Shown piece after piece: positions 54,801 to 63,970 of a stretch of 64,000 nucleotides of DNA. Numbering within the stretch: the stretch's first letter is position 1; every line of letters begins with the position of its first letter. The position numbers were made by a program, and so were the translations under genes. The stretch comes from an uncultured Christensenella sp. (lineage in GTDB: Bacteria > Bacillota > Clostridia > Christensenellales > UBA3700). The notes beneath the pieces are model-generated. The model ran no database searches and was not told the origin of the DNA. It was given only the letters and a program-made list of their open reading frames with translations. The stretch covers positions 10,855-74,854 of the forward strand of contig CAJUBA010000003.1 of the NCBI GenBank assembly GCA_910584635.1, in the 5' to 3' direction.

Positions 54801-57662
54801 TACGCCGATTTTGACAGAAATATCATTTGCTTCCAACGGCGCGGGCTGTGCAAGCCGCAAGGCTTCCACATTCCTTTTCAACGCATCGTTATGTTCGGCA
54901 ATCCATTCCGCTTGCTCTAACTTCTTACGGACATTTCCCGACAAGTATTCAGATGCGTCCTCCCAACCCAAGTATGGATCGTTCTCATCCATTACACACT
55001 TCGACGGATTACGGTAAACCTTATCGCCAAGTTCTTCTACAACCTCGTCATAGGTCTTTCCCGTCAACTGTTCAATAACGCGCAAATCAACCACGCCGCG
55101 TTCGCTCTTACAAACGTTAAGCGCATCCATTACACTGTTACAATGCGTAACTCTCTGATACGGCTTTATTGTGCGTTTAGAAAAAATGTCCGTCTTTTCC
55201 GCTGTGCCTGTTTTCTCATCTACTTTCTCTATGGAAATCAACAAAGCATAATCAGCATCTTCACGGAACAGACTGCGGTTGAGTTTGGAATTGACTATGC
55301 CGTATGTCTTAACGAACTTATCATACTCACGGTTAAGCGTTCTTTGCTCGTTTCTCAAAACCTCGTCCGTACAGTTTTCAAGCTGAACGCTCAATACCTT
55401 TCGTACCTGTTCGCGCAAACTGATAAGCGCACGCATACGGTCTATATTCGTTCTCGAAATGTCCCTTGCAAACAGCGTGTCCTGCTCTCTCTGATACAGT
55501 GTATTTCCGATAAAAGTATAGCAATAATTCTTTAAGTTCTTGTGTTCTTCGTCAATCGGCAATTCCGCTTCTGCAACCGCTTGTCCGACAGGCACGGCTT
55601 TCTTTTCGTCATACACGCTTTCGGGCAGCATTGCAACCGCATCTGCAATCGCTTTGCCAAGTTCCCTATCGTCGGGTAAAAGTTCAGTCTCGTCATCGCC
55701 GCCGTACATTGACTTATGCTGTACCATTGTGCCGAGCAACATTTTGGGATGTTCGATAAAGTATTGGTTGACGGGAACGCCGTTATCGTCAACGCCTACG
55801 TTGATCCAACTGTCCTTTGCCTTTTCAACGATTTTATCTCGCTTCTGAAAGAACAAAATATCTGCCGTTACTTCCGTTCCCGCGCTCGTCTTAAACGCAT
55901 TGTTCGGTAAACGAATTGCGCCCAACAACTTCGCACGGTTAGCGATATACTGTCTTACATCGCTGTCCTTTTTATCCAACGTTCCTTTGGTTGTAATCGC
56001 CGCAATAATTCCGCCCGGTCTGACCTTATCCAACGACTTCGCAAAGAAGTAATTGTGTATGTAAAAGCCAAATCGGTTATATCTTGGATCGTGTACTTTG
56101 AATGCGCCGAATGGCACGTTTGTAATTACACCGTCGAAAGAGTTGTCGGCAAAGTTTGTTTTCTCAAAACCCTGTACTTTGACTTTCGTTTCGGGGTACA
56201 GAAGATTTGCGATATTTCCTGTTATCTCGTCAATCTCTACACCGTATGTTTCCTTTGCGTTGAACGTGTCGGGCAACAGTCCGATAAAGTTTCCGATACC
56301 CATTGCAGGTTCAAGTATTTTACCGCGCTCAAAGCCTATGCGTTTCAAGCCCGCATATATTCCGTCAATTACCGTCTTGGGCGTGTAATGCGCAGATAAT
56401 ACCGACTCTCTTGCCAAACGGTATTCGTCCGAATCAAGCAGTTCCAAAAGCTCGTGATACTCTTTGTTCCATTCAGGCTTATCGGGATCAAACGCATAAG
56501 CAAGACCGCCCCAACCAACGTACTTGGAAAGAACGCGCTTTTCTTCGTCCGTTGCCGTTCTGCCCGCTGCACGGATTTCGTGCATCAGCTTTATTGCTTC
56601 TACGTTCTGACGGAAACGTGTTTTTGCGCCTGTGGCATATTCAAAGTTCTCGTCTGTTAAACGGTAGTTGTGTACGGCTGATACACTACTTCCGCCAACA
56701 CCGTTTCCTCGATTGTATGCTCGGCTTGACGAAGGCTCTGCAATTTCGTCAGGAAGCTCGAAGTTGAGTTGTTCACTTCCGACGTCTTTTCCAACTGCGC
56801 CCGCAAGCTCATCGCCTGCTTCTGTATCGCTGTCAAGTGCTGTGAGAGTTGCCCTGTCATCAACAATATCTGATACTCTCTCGGATACTCCGATTTCAGA
56901 TATTCCCGACGCAAGTTCCCATAACGAAAGTTGCGAATAGTTTCTTGTTTCATTGTTATCTTCCTCCAAACGAAAACTTTGCTTTGCCGTTTTCTGCCGT
57001 TCTTTCTCTTTCTTCTTTTCTTCCCGTGCCTGTTCTTCTTCGATTATCGCTTCGCGCAAGCCTTCCGATATTTCCAAAACTTCCATACAAAGCCGGAAAT
57101 TCGTATCGTCATCAAACGGTAACGGGGCTATATCTACGCCCTTATTGCCTGTGTAGGTTGCCAAGCATTGCGTTACGCCCTCGGTTAGACAAGCAAGATA
57201 TTCTTCGGTGTATTCGTCGGTGTCGCCCTCTGCAACGTGTTCCTGACAATATCGATATACCGCCGCTTGCACTTCGCTCTCACCATTTTTCGGAACGCCG
57301 AATAGAACGTTTTGCCGATTGATACAGTCCCGTAACTGACTTTCACGCATTTTGTGCTGTACGCCGTGATAGCGTTCGCTGCCATAGGTCTGCGAAATAT
57401 CGAACACATACACTTTGCGGTTAGGTCTGTTTTCATCATAATAAACAATACCGTGTTCGCCGCGTTTTATTCTGCGGTTGTCTTGGTCGTGCCAATCGTC
57501 AAAAGTTTTACATACCATTACACTTGGTCTCGCCGCATAAATCTGAACGCCGTTCCAAAACGATATATGCGGATTGTTTGTGAGAAAAGCGTAAAACCCC
57601 GCCAATCTTGCACCGCTCTGAAAGATGCTGTTTATTCTCTCACTTGCTTGTTCTGCTCTCAT
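51849..57662 (-). CDS. 1937-aa fusion protein: ArdC-like N-terminal domain + N6-adenine DNA methyltransferase + SNF2/DEAH helicase (P1 DarB-like architecture)
   Basis: In N-to-C order: an ArdC-like ..FWNGVQIYAARPSVMVCKTFDDWHDQDNRRIKRGEHGI; methylase motif I ILEPAMGIGNFIG and motif IV VITNVPFG; helicase motif I SVGAGKTFE, motif II FVDEAHKYKN, and motif VI QREGRIVRQGN; then an acidic C-terminus. Confidence 0.88.
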   Translation of the reverse strand: MRAEQASERINSIFQSGARLAGFYAFLTNNPHISFWNGVQIYAARPSVMVCKTFDDWHDQDNRRIKRGEHGIVYYDENRPNRKVYVFDISQTYGSERYHGVQHKMRESQLRDCINRQNVLFGVPKNGESEVQAAVYRYCQEHVAEGDTDEYTEEYLACLTEGVTQCLATYTGNKGVDIAPLPFDDDTNFRLCMEVLEISEGLREAIIEEEQAREEKKKEKERQKTAKQSFRLEEDNNETRNYSQLSLWELASGISEIGVSERVSDIVDDRATLTALDSDTEAGDELAGAVGKDVGSEQLNFELPDEIAEPSSSRAYNRGNGVGGSSVSAVHNYRLTDENFEYATGAKTRFRQNVEAIKLMHEIRAAGRTATDEEKRVLSKYVGWGGLAYAFDPDKPEWNKEYHELLELLDSDEYRLARESVLSAHYTPKTVIDGIYAGLKRIGFERGKILEPAMGIGNFIGLLPDTFNAKETYGVEIDEITGNIANLLYPETKVKVQGFEKTNFADNSFDGVITNVPFGAFKVHDPRYNRFGFYIHNYFFAKSLDKVRPGGIIAAITTKGTLDKKDSDVRQYIANRAKLLGAIRLPNNAFKTSAGTEVTADILFFQKRDKIVEKAKDSWINVGVDDNGVPVNQYFIEHPKMLLGTMVQHKSMYGGDDETELLPDDRELGKAIADAVAMLPESVYDEKKAVPVGQAVAEAELPIDEEHKNLKNYCYTFIGNTLYQREQDTLFARDISRTNIDRMRALISLREQVRKVLSVQLENCTDEVLRNEQRTLNREYDKFVKTYGIVNSKLNRSLFREDADYALLISIEKVDEKTGTAEKTDIFSKRTIKPYQRVTHCNSVMDALNVCKSERGVVDLRVIEQLTGKTYDEVVEELGDKVYRNPSKCVMDENDPYLGWEDASEYLSGNVRKKLEQAEWIAEHNDALKRNVEALRLAQPAPLEANDISVKIGVNWVDTKYYKQFICELLDVNPAYTNYVEVVFNAITGEWRVDRPAWMRQSVKARSVFGTERMDAFQVFERCLNQQTPTITDEVEEDGKKKRVTNKKETIAVRERQRKIYDEFKRWIFDEPQRREHLVNKYNEIYNTTVVPQFDGSYLEFPGMNPEITLKPYQKDAVARMLQGNNVLLHHSVGAGKTFEIAAACMKLKECGTAKKPIIVVPNHLVVQWANEFRTLYPNANVLMATKKDFEKTSRKRFVAKVATGDWDAVVIAMSSFEKIPISRQRQEERLNREIAEIEIGIRQTKDERGERLRIKDLERTLKNKRAQLEKLTSAEKKDDLLQFEDLGVDYIFVDEAHKYKNKFIFTKMNNVSGISRAMSQRSSDMDLKCEYIGEVRGGDRGVVFATGTPISNSLVEMYTLQTYLQRNGLREVGLQFFDSWAALYTETITALELAPSGQGYRTRTRVAKFTNLPELLKMYRSFADVKTADMLNLPVPEAKKIVEQLEPTDTILELNDQIVERSEKISAGAVEPWEDNMLCVTHDGKMIALDPRCFDSTIPDDSNSKINRCVDNIYKIWSDTAEQRCTQVVFCDMSTPKKMYGDYNPEQDFDVYNDIKRKLIECGIPEEEIAYVHEAKTDQQKQDIFDRVRNGEVRVFLGSTEKCGAGTNFQNKLIALHHLDTPFRPSDLEQREGRIVRQGNENKEVYLFTYVTKRTFDAYSYQILETKQRFISQINRGDLSVRVAEDIDDATLSFAEIKAITSDNPKIKRKMEIEMRLGQLSDLEKVYRDNRYALQAQIYHAPERINAREVKIKNLQDDIQLRNEHDKDLIRIGKNSYEERKDAGALLIRVVKSGEYVGKNVGFIKGFKIVPQAKKGDTYSVKLIGAGEYDIAISDSDVGTIMRLENGLDDFDLQMRRSQSEKASIEEDLAAAKEQVDKPFEQAEEAEQLRNELAAIDAELDLGKQETPIVLDEDTEAKPIVEILNEDDDEDEAEVA

Positions 57663-57680
57663 TATCCCCTCTGTCTTTTC

Positions 57681-58202
57681 TTACTCGGCTTCTGCACTCA
57701 CATACTTTTTTTGTTTCTCGTCATAGACAAAGCCGCCGTCGCCCCACAGTTCACGATAGAGCGTAATCGCATCTTGACTTAACTGCTCGTATTCTTCGCT
57801 CTCAACTTCATAGCCGCCGTAAAACACTTTATAACCTGCCGCCGTCGCCGAATTGTCGCAATACTCATATCTCACGCTGAAATCGGGTTGCGCTTCTGAT
57901 ATTGCCCGTGCAATCTTCTCAACCGTATCGTGCGAATCAAAGTAAATCAGATTACCAAGCGTGGGCGGGTTGCCCTCGCCCTCAAAGTAAACTTGCGTAT
58001 TCGATGCACCGCGTATTGTTCCCCACTTTTCAAAACACTCTTGCTCGTTGTGTTCATCATTGACAGGAATGATTTTTGCGAAATCTATTACCCTATCGCC
58101 GTCGCTTTCGGGGTCGGGCTTTAATATGCTCTCAATATACTCTTTTATTTGCGCATTGTAGTCGCCTGTAATACACAGCAAATTGCCCATTGTATCGTTC
58201 AT
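57681..58202 (-). CDS. Hypothetical acidic protein (173 aa), possibly DUF1281/Api92-like
   Basis: MGNLLCITGDY..FEKWGTIRGASNTQV is reminiscent of the WGTKWN motif of plasmid YubB/DUF1281-type proteins. The resemblance is weak. Tail ..SAEAE. Confidence 0.6.
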   Translation of the reverse strand: MNDTMGNLLCITGDYNAQIKEYIESILKPDPESDGDRVIDFAKIIPVNDEHNEQECFEKWGTIRGASNTQVYFEGEGNPPTLGNLIYFDSHDTVEKIARAISEAQPDFSVRYEYCDNSATAAGYKVFYGGYEVESEEYEQLSQDAITLYRELWGDGGFVYDEKQKKYVSAEAE

Positions 58203-58206
58203 AACG

Positions 58207-58452
58207 TTAGTTCATCTCCGATTTTTCTTCAACCTGATAATCATCCGCAACATCGTAAACCTCATGACCGCACGATATAAGCTGCAAGCCACATACAGGG
58301 CAACGTTCTATATCGCAACCTTCGTGATGTTGTTCGCCGAATTGTGCGCCGCAGTCGTCGCAAACGGCATCGGGATTGCACTCGTCCCAATCGCCGACAT
58401 CGCCGACTTTAATCGGATCGTATAATTTTCCGTCAATTAAAAATTTTGACAT
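58207..58452 (-). CDS. 81-aa Cys/His-rich acidic protein (putative zinc-binding)
   Basis: Start set at the ATG at 58452 (MSKFLIDGKLYD..). ..CDDCGAQFGEQHHEGCDIERCPVCG..SCGHE. The ATG lies 1 nt after the upstream stop. Confidence 0.6.
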   Translation of the reverse strand: MSKFLIDGKLYDPIKVGDVGDWDECNPDAVCDDCGAQFGEQHHEGCDIERCPVCGLQLISCGHEVYDVADDYQVEEKSEMN

Positions 58453-58453
58453 A

Positions 58454-58864
58454 TCACATCTCCAATTCTTTTTTGTTTGCCTGTTGCAACGCTTGGTTTG
58501 CATCGTAGGTATACAGACTTTCGCCGACATACGGATTTTGTCCGAACTCGTCAAGCCAATTCCGCAATTCTGTCTTGCTCATATACTTGAATCTATGCCG
58601 TGATGCAAGCTCGCTTTTAATAAAACTCTTTACGCCCTCAAACTCTTTCTTGGCGGTGGTCTCATCGTAGAAAAGCCGTTCTGCTTTCGGCATCTCGCTC
58701 TTTTGCAAATTGCCGATATACCAAACATTTGCAACTTTCGATTTCAGAAGCGGCACGTCCAAAACGTACTCAAAGTATTCGTAACTTGTTTCGGCATAAC
58801 CGCCTTTGGCAATGTCTACCGTTTCCCAACCTTTCTTCCACTTAAAGTTCAGCTTCGCTTTCAT
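58454..58864 (-). CDS. Hypothetical protein (136 aa)
   Basis: Intact ORF, co-oriented and overlapping its upstream neighbour by 23 nt. Tail ..KKELEM. Confidence 0.6.
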   Translation of the reverse strand: MKAKLNFKWKKGWETVDIAKGGYAETSYEYFEYVLDVPLLKSKVANVWYIGNLQKSEMPKAERLFYDETTAKKEFEGVKSFIKSELASRHRFKYMSKTELRNWLDEFGQNPYVGESLYTYDANQALQQANKKELEM

Positions 58865-59657
58865 GTTTTATTGCCTGTTCTACCGTTTTGCCTGTAAATT
58901 CTGCGAACGCTTCTTTTGCATCGTAAAAGCCGAGCGATTCCCACAACTCGTTACCTTCGTGCGTTCCGTCAGCTTCGGGGTGTATGTTTCCGACAAGAAT
59001 AAAGGTCTGCGCGGGTGAACAATGCTTTTTCATAAGCGTTACATTAACCGAAGAATCGGTTTTTAGCCGCGCCGAACACATAGTTGTATTTTCTATGCCT
59101 GCATATTTGATTGTCTTGCAATTATCGTCAAGCAATACTTCTTGCGGCTTTTCCCCGCTTACGCCCCAATCCTGTAAAACATAAAGCATTTCGTTTTGTT
59201 GATCGCCAAACGCTTCGCTTAATACGCCGCATAACGCATTGCTTTTATACGTTTCGTTCTCGCCGACTTCCAAGATGTAGTTATACGTTTCAGGCGAAAA
59301 CCTAACCAAACAGATACCTTTATGCTCTATTTTTTTATTCTTATTGAGTACAAAAACATCAGTAGTAAACACTTGATTTGCCTGCAAACGTTCTTCCGCA
59401 TCGTCATAATGGTTACTGTTATATTCCAAAGGAATCATATTTTTACCGTGTCGGCACTTAAAGTCATGGAACATATATGTATGCCAACAACTGCAATCGT
59501 CCGAAAGAAAATGAACGGGATCAATTATTTGCCTAATACCGATTTTCTTGTTTCCCCTGAAAAAACTGTCTCCGACTTGGTAACGCACTCTGCCCATATA
59601 TACAAAGTCTTTACCTTCAACTAACTTCTTTTCTTCAACTTCCTTTCTTGTTAGCAT
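58842..59657 (-). CDS. Hypothetical protein (271 aa)
   Basis: Intact ORF with AAGGAGGA 9 nt upstream region. Tail ..HESEAEL. Confidence 0.65.
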   Translation of the reverse strand: MLTRKEVEEKKLVEGKDFVYMGRVRYQVGDSFFRGNKKIGIRQIIDPVHFLSDDCSCWHTYMFHDFKCRHGKNMIPLEYNSNHYDDAEERLQANQVFTTDVFVLNKNKKIEHKGICLVRFSPETYNYILEVGENETYKSNALCGVLSEAFGDQQNEMLYVLQDWGVSGEKPQEVLLDDNCKTIKYAGIENTTMCSARLKTDSSVNVTLMKKHCSPAQTFILVGNIHPEADGTHEGNELWESLGFYDAKEAFAEFTGKTVEQAIKHESEAEL

Positions 59658-59666
59658 TATTCCTCC

Positions 59667-60356
59667 TTACATCTCAGGCTCGTCAGGCTCACGCTCTTTT
59701 TCCGCACAGCCGCTTGCGCCGCCCGTCCAACCTGCTTCAAGTTCCTCGGCGATCTTCTCTGCTTCGGCATTTGCTACACCGAGAAAATTGTATCTTTCCC
59801 AACGGCAACGTTCGCCGTCAGCGCAAAAGTAACCATAACAAGCATTACCCGAAGCACTTGGTGTTACACCGAATCCCGACTGTACACGAAACAACTGATA
59901 TTCGGGCTTGCGGTATTTCTCGCTTAATTTATCAAGCGGAATAATACAAACTTTGCCCGAATTGTCTAACGCACCGTCGGCAGGTGCTTCATACATTGTT
60001 CTGCAACAGTCCGCTTTCGTAAACTCACTTAATCCTTTGTCTGCCAATACCGCATTTATAGCTTTAATGCGTTTATCGCATACAATAAGGTCTTTTTGCA
60101 ATTCCTGTTTACAGTCTTTGAGATACTTTTTTTGATCTCTTATAAACTCGCTGACTTTTTGATCAATGGCTTTTGCATCATTTAAGGTTGTTTCAACAAG
60201 TAAGTTTTCATTCGCATCGTCATAACCGACATAGAAATCGCAAAGTTCCTTGCCTTTTTCATCGTACAGATGCGGATAAGCGTTCTGCATTTTGTTGACT
60301 TGTACAATGCCGTTTTCGTCTTTGAGATTGTCTAACTGCTTATTTATGAAAATCAT
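59667..60356 (-). CDS. Hypothetical protein (229 aa), Cys-rich C-terminal half
   Basis: Intact ORF with AAGGGGGA before the ATG. ..NACYGYFCADGERCRWERY... Tail ..PDEPEM. Confidence 0.65.
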   Translation of the reverse strand: MIFINKQLDNLKDENGIVQVNKMQNAYPHLYDEKGKELCDFYVGYDDANENLLVETTLNDAKAIDQKVSEFIRDQKKYLKDCKQELQKDLIVCDKRIKAINAVLADKGLSEFTKADCCRTMYEAPADGALDNSGKVCIIPLDKLSEKYRKPEYQLFRVQSGFGVTPSASGNACYGYFCADGERCRWERYNFLGVANAEAEKIAEELEAGWTGGASGCAEKEREPDEPEM

Positions 60357-60365
60357 ATTTCCCCC

Positions 60366-60722
60366 TTACATTTCCGCTTTGGAAGTTTGTTCGCCGCTCA
60401 TTCTAATACGCTCTTCTTCCTCGCGTTCCAAATCTTCGTCAAGCGGCTCATAGTTCTCAACGTAGTTCGTATAATAGTTGACATCAAAACCGCTTTCATC
60501 TTCCAAAACATCAGAGACTTCTTCGCGGCTTACAAGTTCGGTGATTATCTCATCAGTATGCTCACGCGCAAACTGTTCGTCCTCGCCAAAGTTTTCATAT
60601 TGCGAAATCCAATTACCGTATGTAGAATGGCTTGTGCCTTCTTTTATAATCGCATCTGCAATTTCTTTTATCTTGACTTGTTCGGGCGAAAGTTGTTCCG
60701 GCTGCTTGTTATCTAAACTCAT
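60366..60722 (-). CDS. Hypothetical highly acidic protein (118 aa)
   Basis: Intact ORF with AAGGGA before the ATG, rich in Glu/Asp. Tail ..TSKAEM. Confidence 0.6.
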   Translation of the reverse strand: MSLDNKQPEQLSPEQVKIKEIADAIIKEGTSHSTYGNWISQYENFGEDEQFAREHTDEIITELVSREEVSDVLEDESGFDVNYYTNYVENYEPLDEDLEREEEERIRMSGEQTSKAEM

Positions 60723-60731
60723 AGCCGTCCC

Positions 60732-61289
60732 TTACATTTCCGCTTCGGGTTTGCTCTGCAACGCCCGCTGATCGTCGATAAAACGGTTAGCCGCCCACCT
60801 TGCGTTTTCGTTCAACTGTCTTTGGAACGCTTGATTGGTTTTAGAGAAAACAAAGCCAAGATGCCTCAACTTCTGATAAGTCGCATTGTCTACCCTGCCG
60901 CCGCCCTCAAAAATAATCTGCAATCTTTTAATGTCCTGATTTTCCACGACATCGAAGCCCAAGCCGTCCGTATTGTATGTAGCTTTCTCACGGCTCTTTT
61001 CCGCTTCCAACTGCTTGATGCGCTGTTTCGTTCTTCTGATTTCCTGATTTGAGTTCTGCAACTGCCATACGGGGTGCGGCTGCTTTTCCCATGAATAGCC
61101 GCCCGCAATTTCCTCGTCCAACCTTTTCGCTTTTTCTTCGGGCATATCGGGATAACCGACCATAGTGCCTTTTTTGCGAAAATACTCGTTTCGCTTCTTC
61201 ATTTCCTCGTGATTGGATTGTTGTTGTGCCAATCTCTCTTTCAACGCTTCCAATGCGTTATCGTCCGTCGAATAAATTACCTTACCCAA
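60732..61289 (-). CDS. DUF3560-like protein (185 aa)
   Basis: ..KRLQIIFEGGGRVDNATYQKLRHLGFVFSKTNQAFQRQLNENA resembles the DUF3560 C-terminal pattern seen on plasmids and ICEs. TTG start at 61289. Tail ..SKPEAEM. Confidence 0.6.
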   Translation of the reverse strand: MGKVIYSTDDNALEALKERLAQQQSNHEEMKKRNEYFRKKGTMVGYPDMPEEKAKRLDEEIAGGYSWEKQPHPVWQLQNSNQEIRRTKQRIKQLEAEKSREKATYNTDGLGFDVVENQDIKRLQIIFEGGGRVDNATYQKLRHLGFVFSKTNQAFQRQLNENARWAANRFIDDQRALQSKPEAEM

Positions 61290-62241
61290 GTTCGCTTTCC
61301 TCCTCTAAAATGTCGCTGTGATATTTTTTGTTGTATCGTTTGATGAAGTCGTTTATTTCTTCCCAATTAACCGTGCTTGCATATTCGTCTTTCAAGTAAT
61401 AATCATACAAACACGCTAACACGCTTTTTCCGTTCTCATACAGACAACGGAAACCGTCTGCATCAAGATAATGCGTTTCACTGTCTGCCGTAAGAAATTC
61501 CTTTAACTCGTTATAGAAATGAATTTGATAAGCATCGTTAAAGATTTCTTCTTTTGGCTTTTGCATTTCGGCGGCATAGAAATCGTTATATTCCTGCGTA
61601 ACATTTTCCGCTACCGCCGCACGATAATCTATTTCTTCCGTCATTCCATTTCCCCCCCCCTCTGTCAAAGCGCTCTTTATAGACTGCGCATCGTCTTTCG
61701 ATATGCAACCTATTTCCATTAAGCGTTTCAGACAATAGTTTCTATATTCTTCGTCCTGCCATTCAACGCGGTAAAACTCATCGCCACAAACAGGCTCTTG
61801 TCCTTCACGATCCACGCCGTCCGCAAATTCGGGCAAGTACACTTTTTCATACGCCCACCGTGCTTCAATCCAATAGCCGTTTTCGTCCGAATCATTACAC
61901 CACTCGTTCCATAACGTATCAGGGTGTTGCCATGTCAGCTCGTCAAATAGCTCTGCCGCCAAGCTCTCGCTATTTGTAAGATTGATTAAGTCCTGTCGGG
62001 TAAAATGTGCTTGCAATTCGTCCGTAGGTACTCGCTCGGATTTGCCGTCGGGAAAGCCATATTCGGGAATATAGACTATTTCGTTTTTGTCCTTATACCG
62101 CCACGGCTCGTGAAACGCTACGCTGTTCTTATAGATAAAACCGTCGCTGCCGCCGTTCGCACAATATTCGCTTGAATACAGATATTGTCCGTCTTTACTC
62201 TTTTCTTTTCTGCCACGATTTTCGTCCTTATATCTTGCCAT
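61282..62241 (-). CDS. Hypothetical protein (319 aa)
   Basis: Intact ORF. The ATG immediately follows the upstream TAA (..GAGATGTAAATG..). Acidic, Trp/Tyr-rich. Tail ..EEESELG. Confidence 0.65.
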   Translation of the reverse strand: MARYKDENRGRKEKSKDGQYLYSSEYCANGGSDGFIYKNSVAFHEPWRYKDKNEIVYIPEYGFPDGKSERVPTDELQAHFTRQDLINLTNSESLAAELFDELTWQHPDTLWNEWCNDSDENGYWIEARWAYEKVYLPEFADGVDREGQEPVCGDEFYRVEWQDEEYRNYCLKRLMEIGCISKDDAQSIKSALTEGGGNGMTEEIDYRAAVAENVTQEYNDFYAAEMQKPKEEIFNDAYQIHFYNELKEFLTADSETHYLDADGFRCLYENGKSVLACLYDYYLKDEYASTVNWEEINDFIKRYNKKYHSDILEEESELG

Positions 62242-62865
62242 TTACATCTCCGCTTCGCTCTGCATAAACTTATCGAAAGCACGTTTATCTGCGCCTTTAA
62301 GGTATTGGGAAAAGTTCTTTAACGCCGCTTTGAGATTGTGTTCTTCATAAGATACACCGCAGATGTGCTGCTCATTTATTCCCATTGCCGTACACGCATA
62401 GCTTTTCCACTCGCCCTTGTAATACACTTCACCGATCTCGATTTTTCTGTCGTTTTCTTCGTCCGAAAACTCATTGATAGTAACGGCTTCCAGAATGTTC
62501 CAAAGCGTTCCGTTAGTATGCCCTTGCATTAGATAGTCGTAAACCTCTTTCGGCTCATACTGCTCTTTCATACAGTCAAGGAAATGCAAAGCATTGTCTT
62601 CGGTTAAATGCGCTATGTATGCGGCATCGTCTTTCATATCGGGCAGATAAGCATACAGCGGCATTACTCGCCCGTCGCAAAACGGTTCTTGCTCTGTCGT
62701 AGGGGCAGACACAATAAGACCGTTACCGCACTCTACTACGTTGCCCTTATCGGGTATGCCTTCTTTTGCCTTGCAGATAAGAACATCGTCGTTAAGCAAC
62801 TCATAGAAATATTCCTTTGCCGTATCGTCCAACTGCTCAATGATTTTATTCTTAACTTGCATCAC
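62242..62865 (-). CDS. Hypothetical protein (207 aa)
   Basis: Intact ORF, overlapping the methylase stop by 14 nt. Tail ..MQSEAEM. Confidence 0.65.
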   Translation of the reverse strand: MMQVKNKIIEQLDDTAKEYFYELLNDDVLICKAKEGIPDKGNVVECGNGLIVSAPTTEQEPFCDGRVMPLYAYLPDMKDDAAYIAHLTEDNALHFLDCMKEQYEPKEVYDYLMQGHTNGTLWNILEAVTINEFSDEENDRKIEIGEVYYKGEWKSYACTAMGINEQHICGVSYEEHNLKAALKNFSQYLKGADKRAFDKFMQSEAEM

Positions 62866-63970
62866 TTTCTTGCCCTCTCATAAAGTCAAATAACGGTAAT
62901 TCGTATATTAACTGCTTAGGCGTTTTCTTTCGTTCTTGGTACACTTTTTCTTCCCAATTCTTAACGCCGTACAGCACACCGAATATCGCCATTAAAGCCG
63001 TTACAACAATGCTATTCCCTGCCTGCGCATACAAGTCGGCTTCCTTTACATTGTCAGTCCTACTTCCATCTACGACCTTATAACGGCACTTGCCGTAGTC
63101 GTCGTCTGTAAAACCCATAAGCCTGAAACTTTCTAATGGCGTTACGCGCCTAATGATCGGATTGTCTTTATCTCGGTCATCATAGATTTTTACTCCGTGC
63201 GTTGCATCGTTTGAACACAACAAACAAGCCGCAATACCGTCAATCGAAATGATGATATTGTCTTGTCTGTAATTCGTCCAATTCAGTTCGCCGCAACGAA
63301 TAATGTAGTGCGTATTGCCGTATAATGTCGGCTTTTCGATAACCGCATTTTTTATGATTTCTTCCGTAAGTTGCGGCACGTCTTTATCTAAAACGTGTTT
63401 TAAGCGCACACCCGAATCGTACCCTATCGGAAACTCAAACCCGCAATCGACGTCTTTCCGAATAGCAACCACAAACAGTCTTTCCCTGTTCTGCGGAACA
63501 TTGAAATACTTTGCGTTTACGACTTTGGAATATACGTTGTAACCGTAAGCCAACAACATAAAATAAAACCTGCGGAAATTATGTAAGTGGTTTTGCGTGA
63601 GTACCCCCGGCACGTTTTCCCAAACGACAACGTTTGGCTTCGATATGGCAATAAATTGTAAGTAACTCCACATAAGACTTGATTTCGTTCCGCTACCTTC
63701 ATCGCCGCCCTCGCCTTTGCCTGCCGTTGAAAAGCTCTGACACGGTGTTCCACCGACAAGCAAATCAATATCAAGCGGCACCGGCTTTTCGTTGACTTCC
63801 GTAAGGCTTCCGAAATTCTTACCTCTGTCCACTTCGTGAATTGCACAGTATGACTTTATTGCCGCTTCATCGATTTCGCTGAAACACGCAAGTTCATACG
63901 GTATTCCGAGCCTTGTTAAAGCCTTTTCAGGCGCACCGATTCCACTACATACCGTCGCTACTTTAAGCAC
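62852..63970 (-). CDS. dcm: DNA (cytosine-5)-methyltransferase, orphan (no endonuclease gene seen in the window)
   Basis: Motif I VATVCSGIGAPE, motif IV GGTPCQSFSTAG, motif VI ENVPG, motif X QAGNSIVV. GTG start at 63970 behind GGAGG. Confidence 0.9.
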   Translation of the reverse strand: MLKVATVCSGIGAPEKALTRLGIPYELACFSEIDEAAIKSYCAIHEVDRGKNFGSLTEVNEKPVPLDIDLLVGGTPCQSFSTAGKGEGGDEGSGTKSSLMWSYLQFIAISKPNVVVWENVPGVLTQNHLHNFRRFYFMLLAYGYNVYSKVVNAKYFNVPQNRERLFVVAIRKDVDCGFEFPIGYDSGVRLKHVLDKDVPQLTEEIIKNAVIEKPTLYGNTHYIIRCGELNWTNYRQDNIIISIDGIAACLLCSNDATHGVKIYDDRDKDNPIIRRVTPLESFRLMGFTDDDYGKCRYKVVDGSRTDNVKEADLYAQAGNSIVVTALMAIFGVLYGVKNWEEKVYQERKKTPKQLIYELPLFDFMRGQESDAS

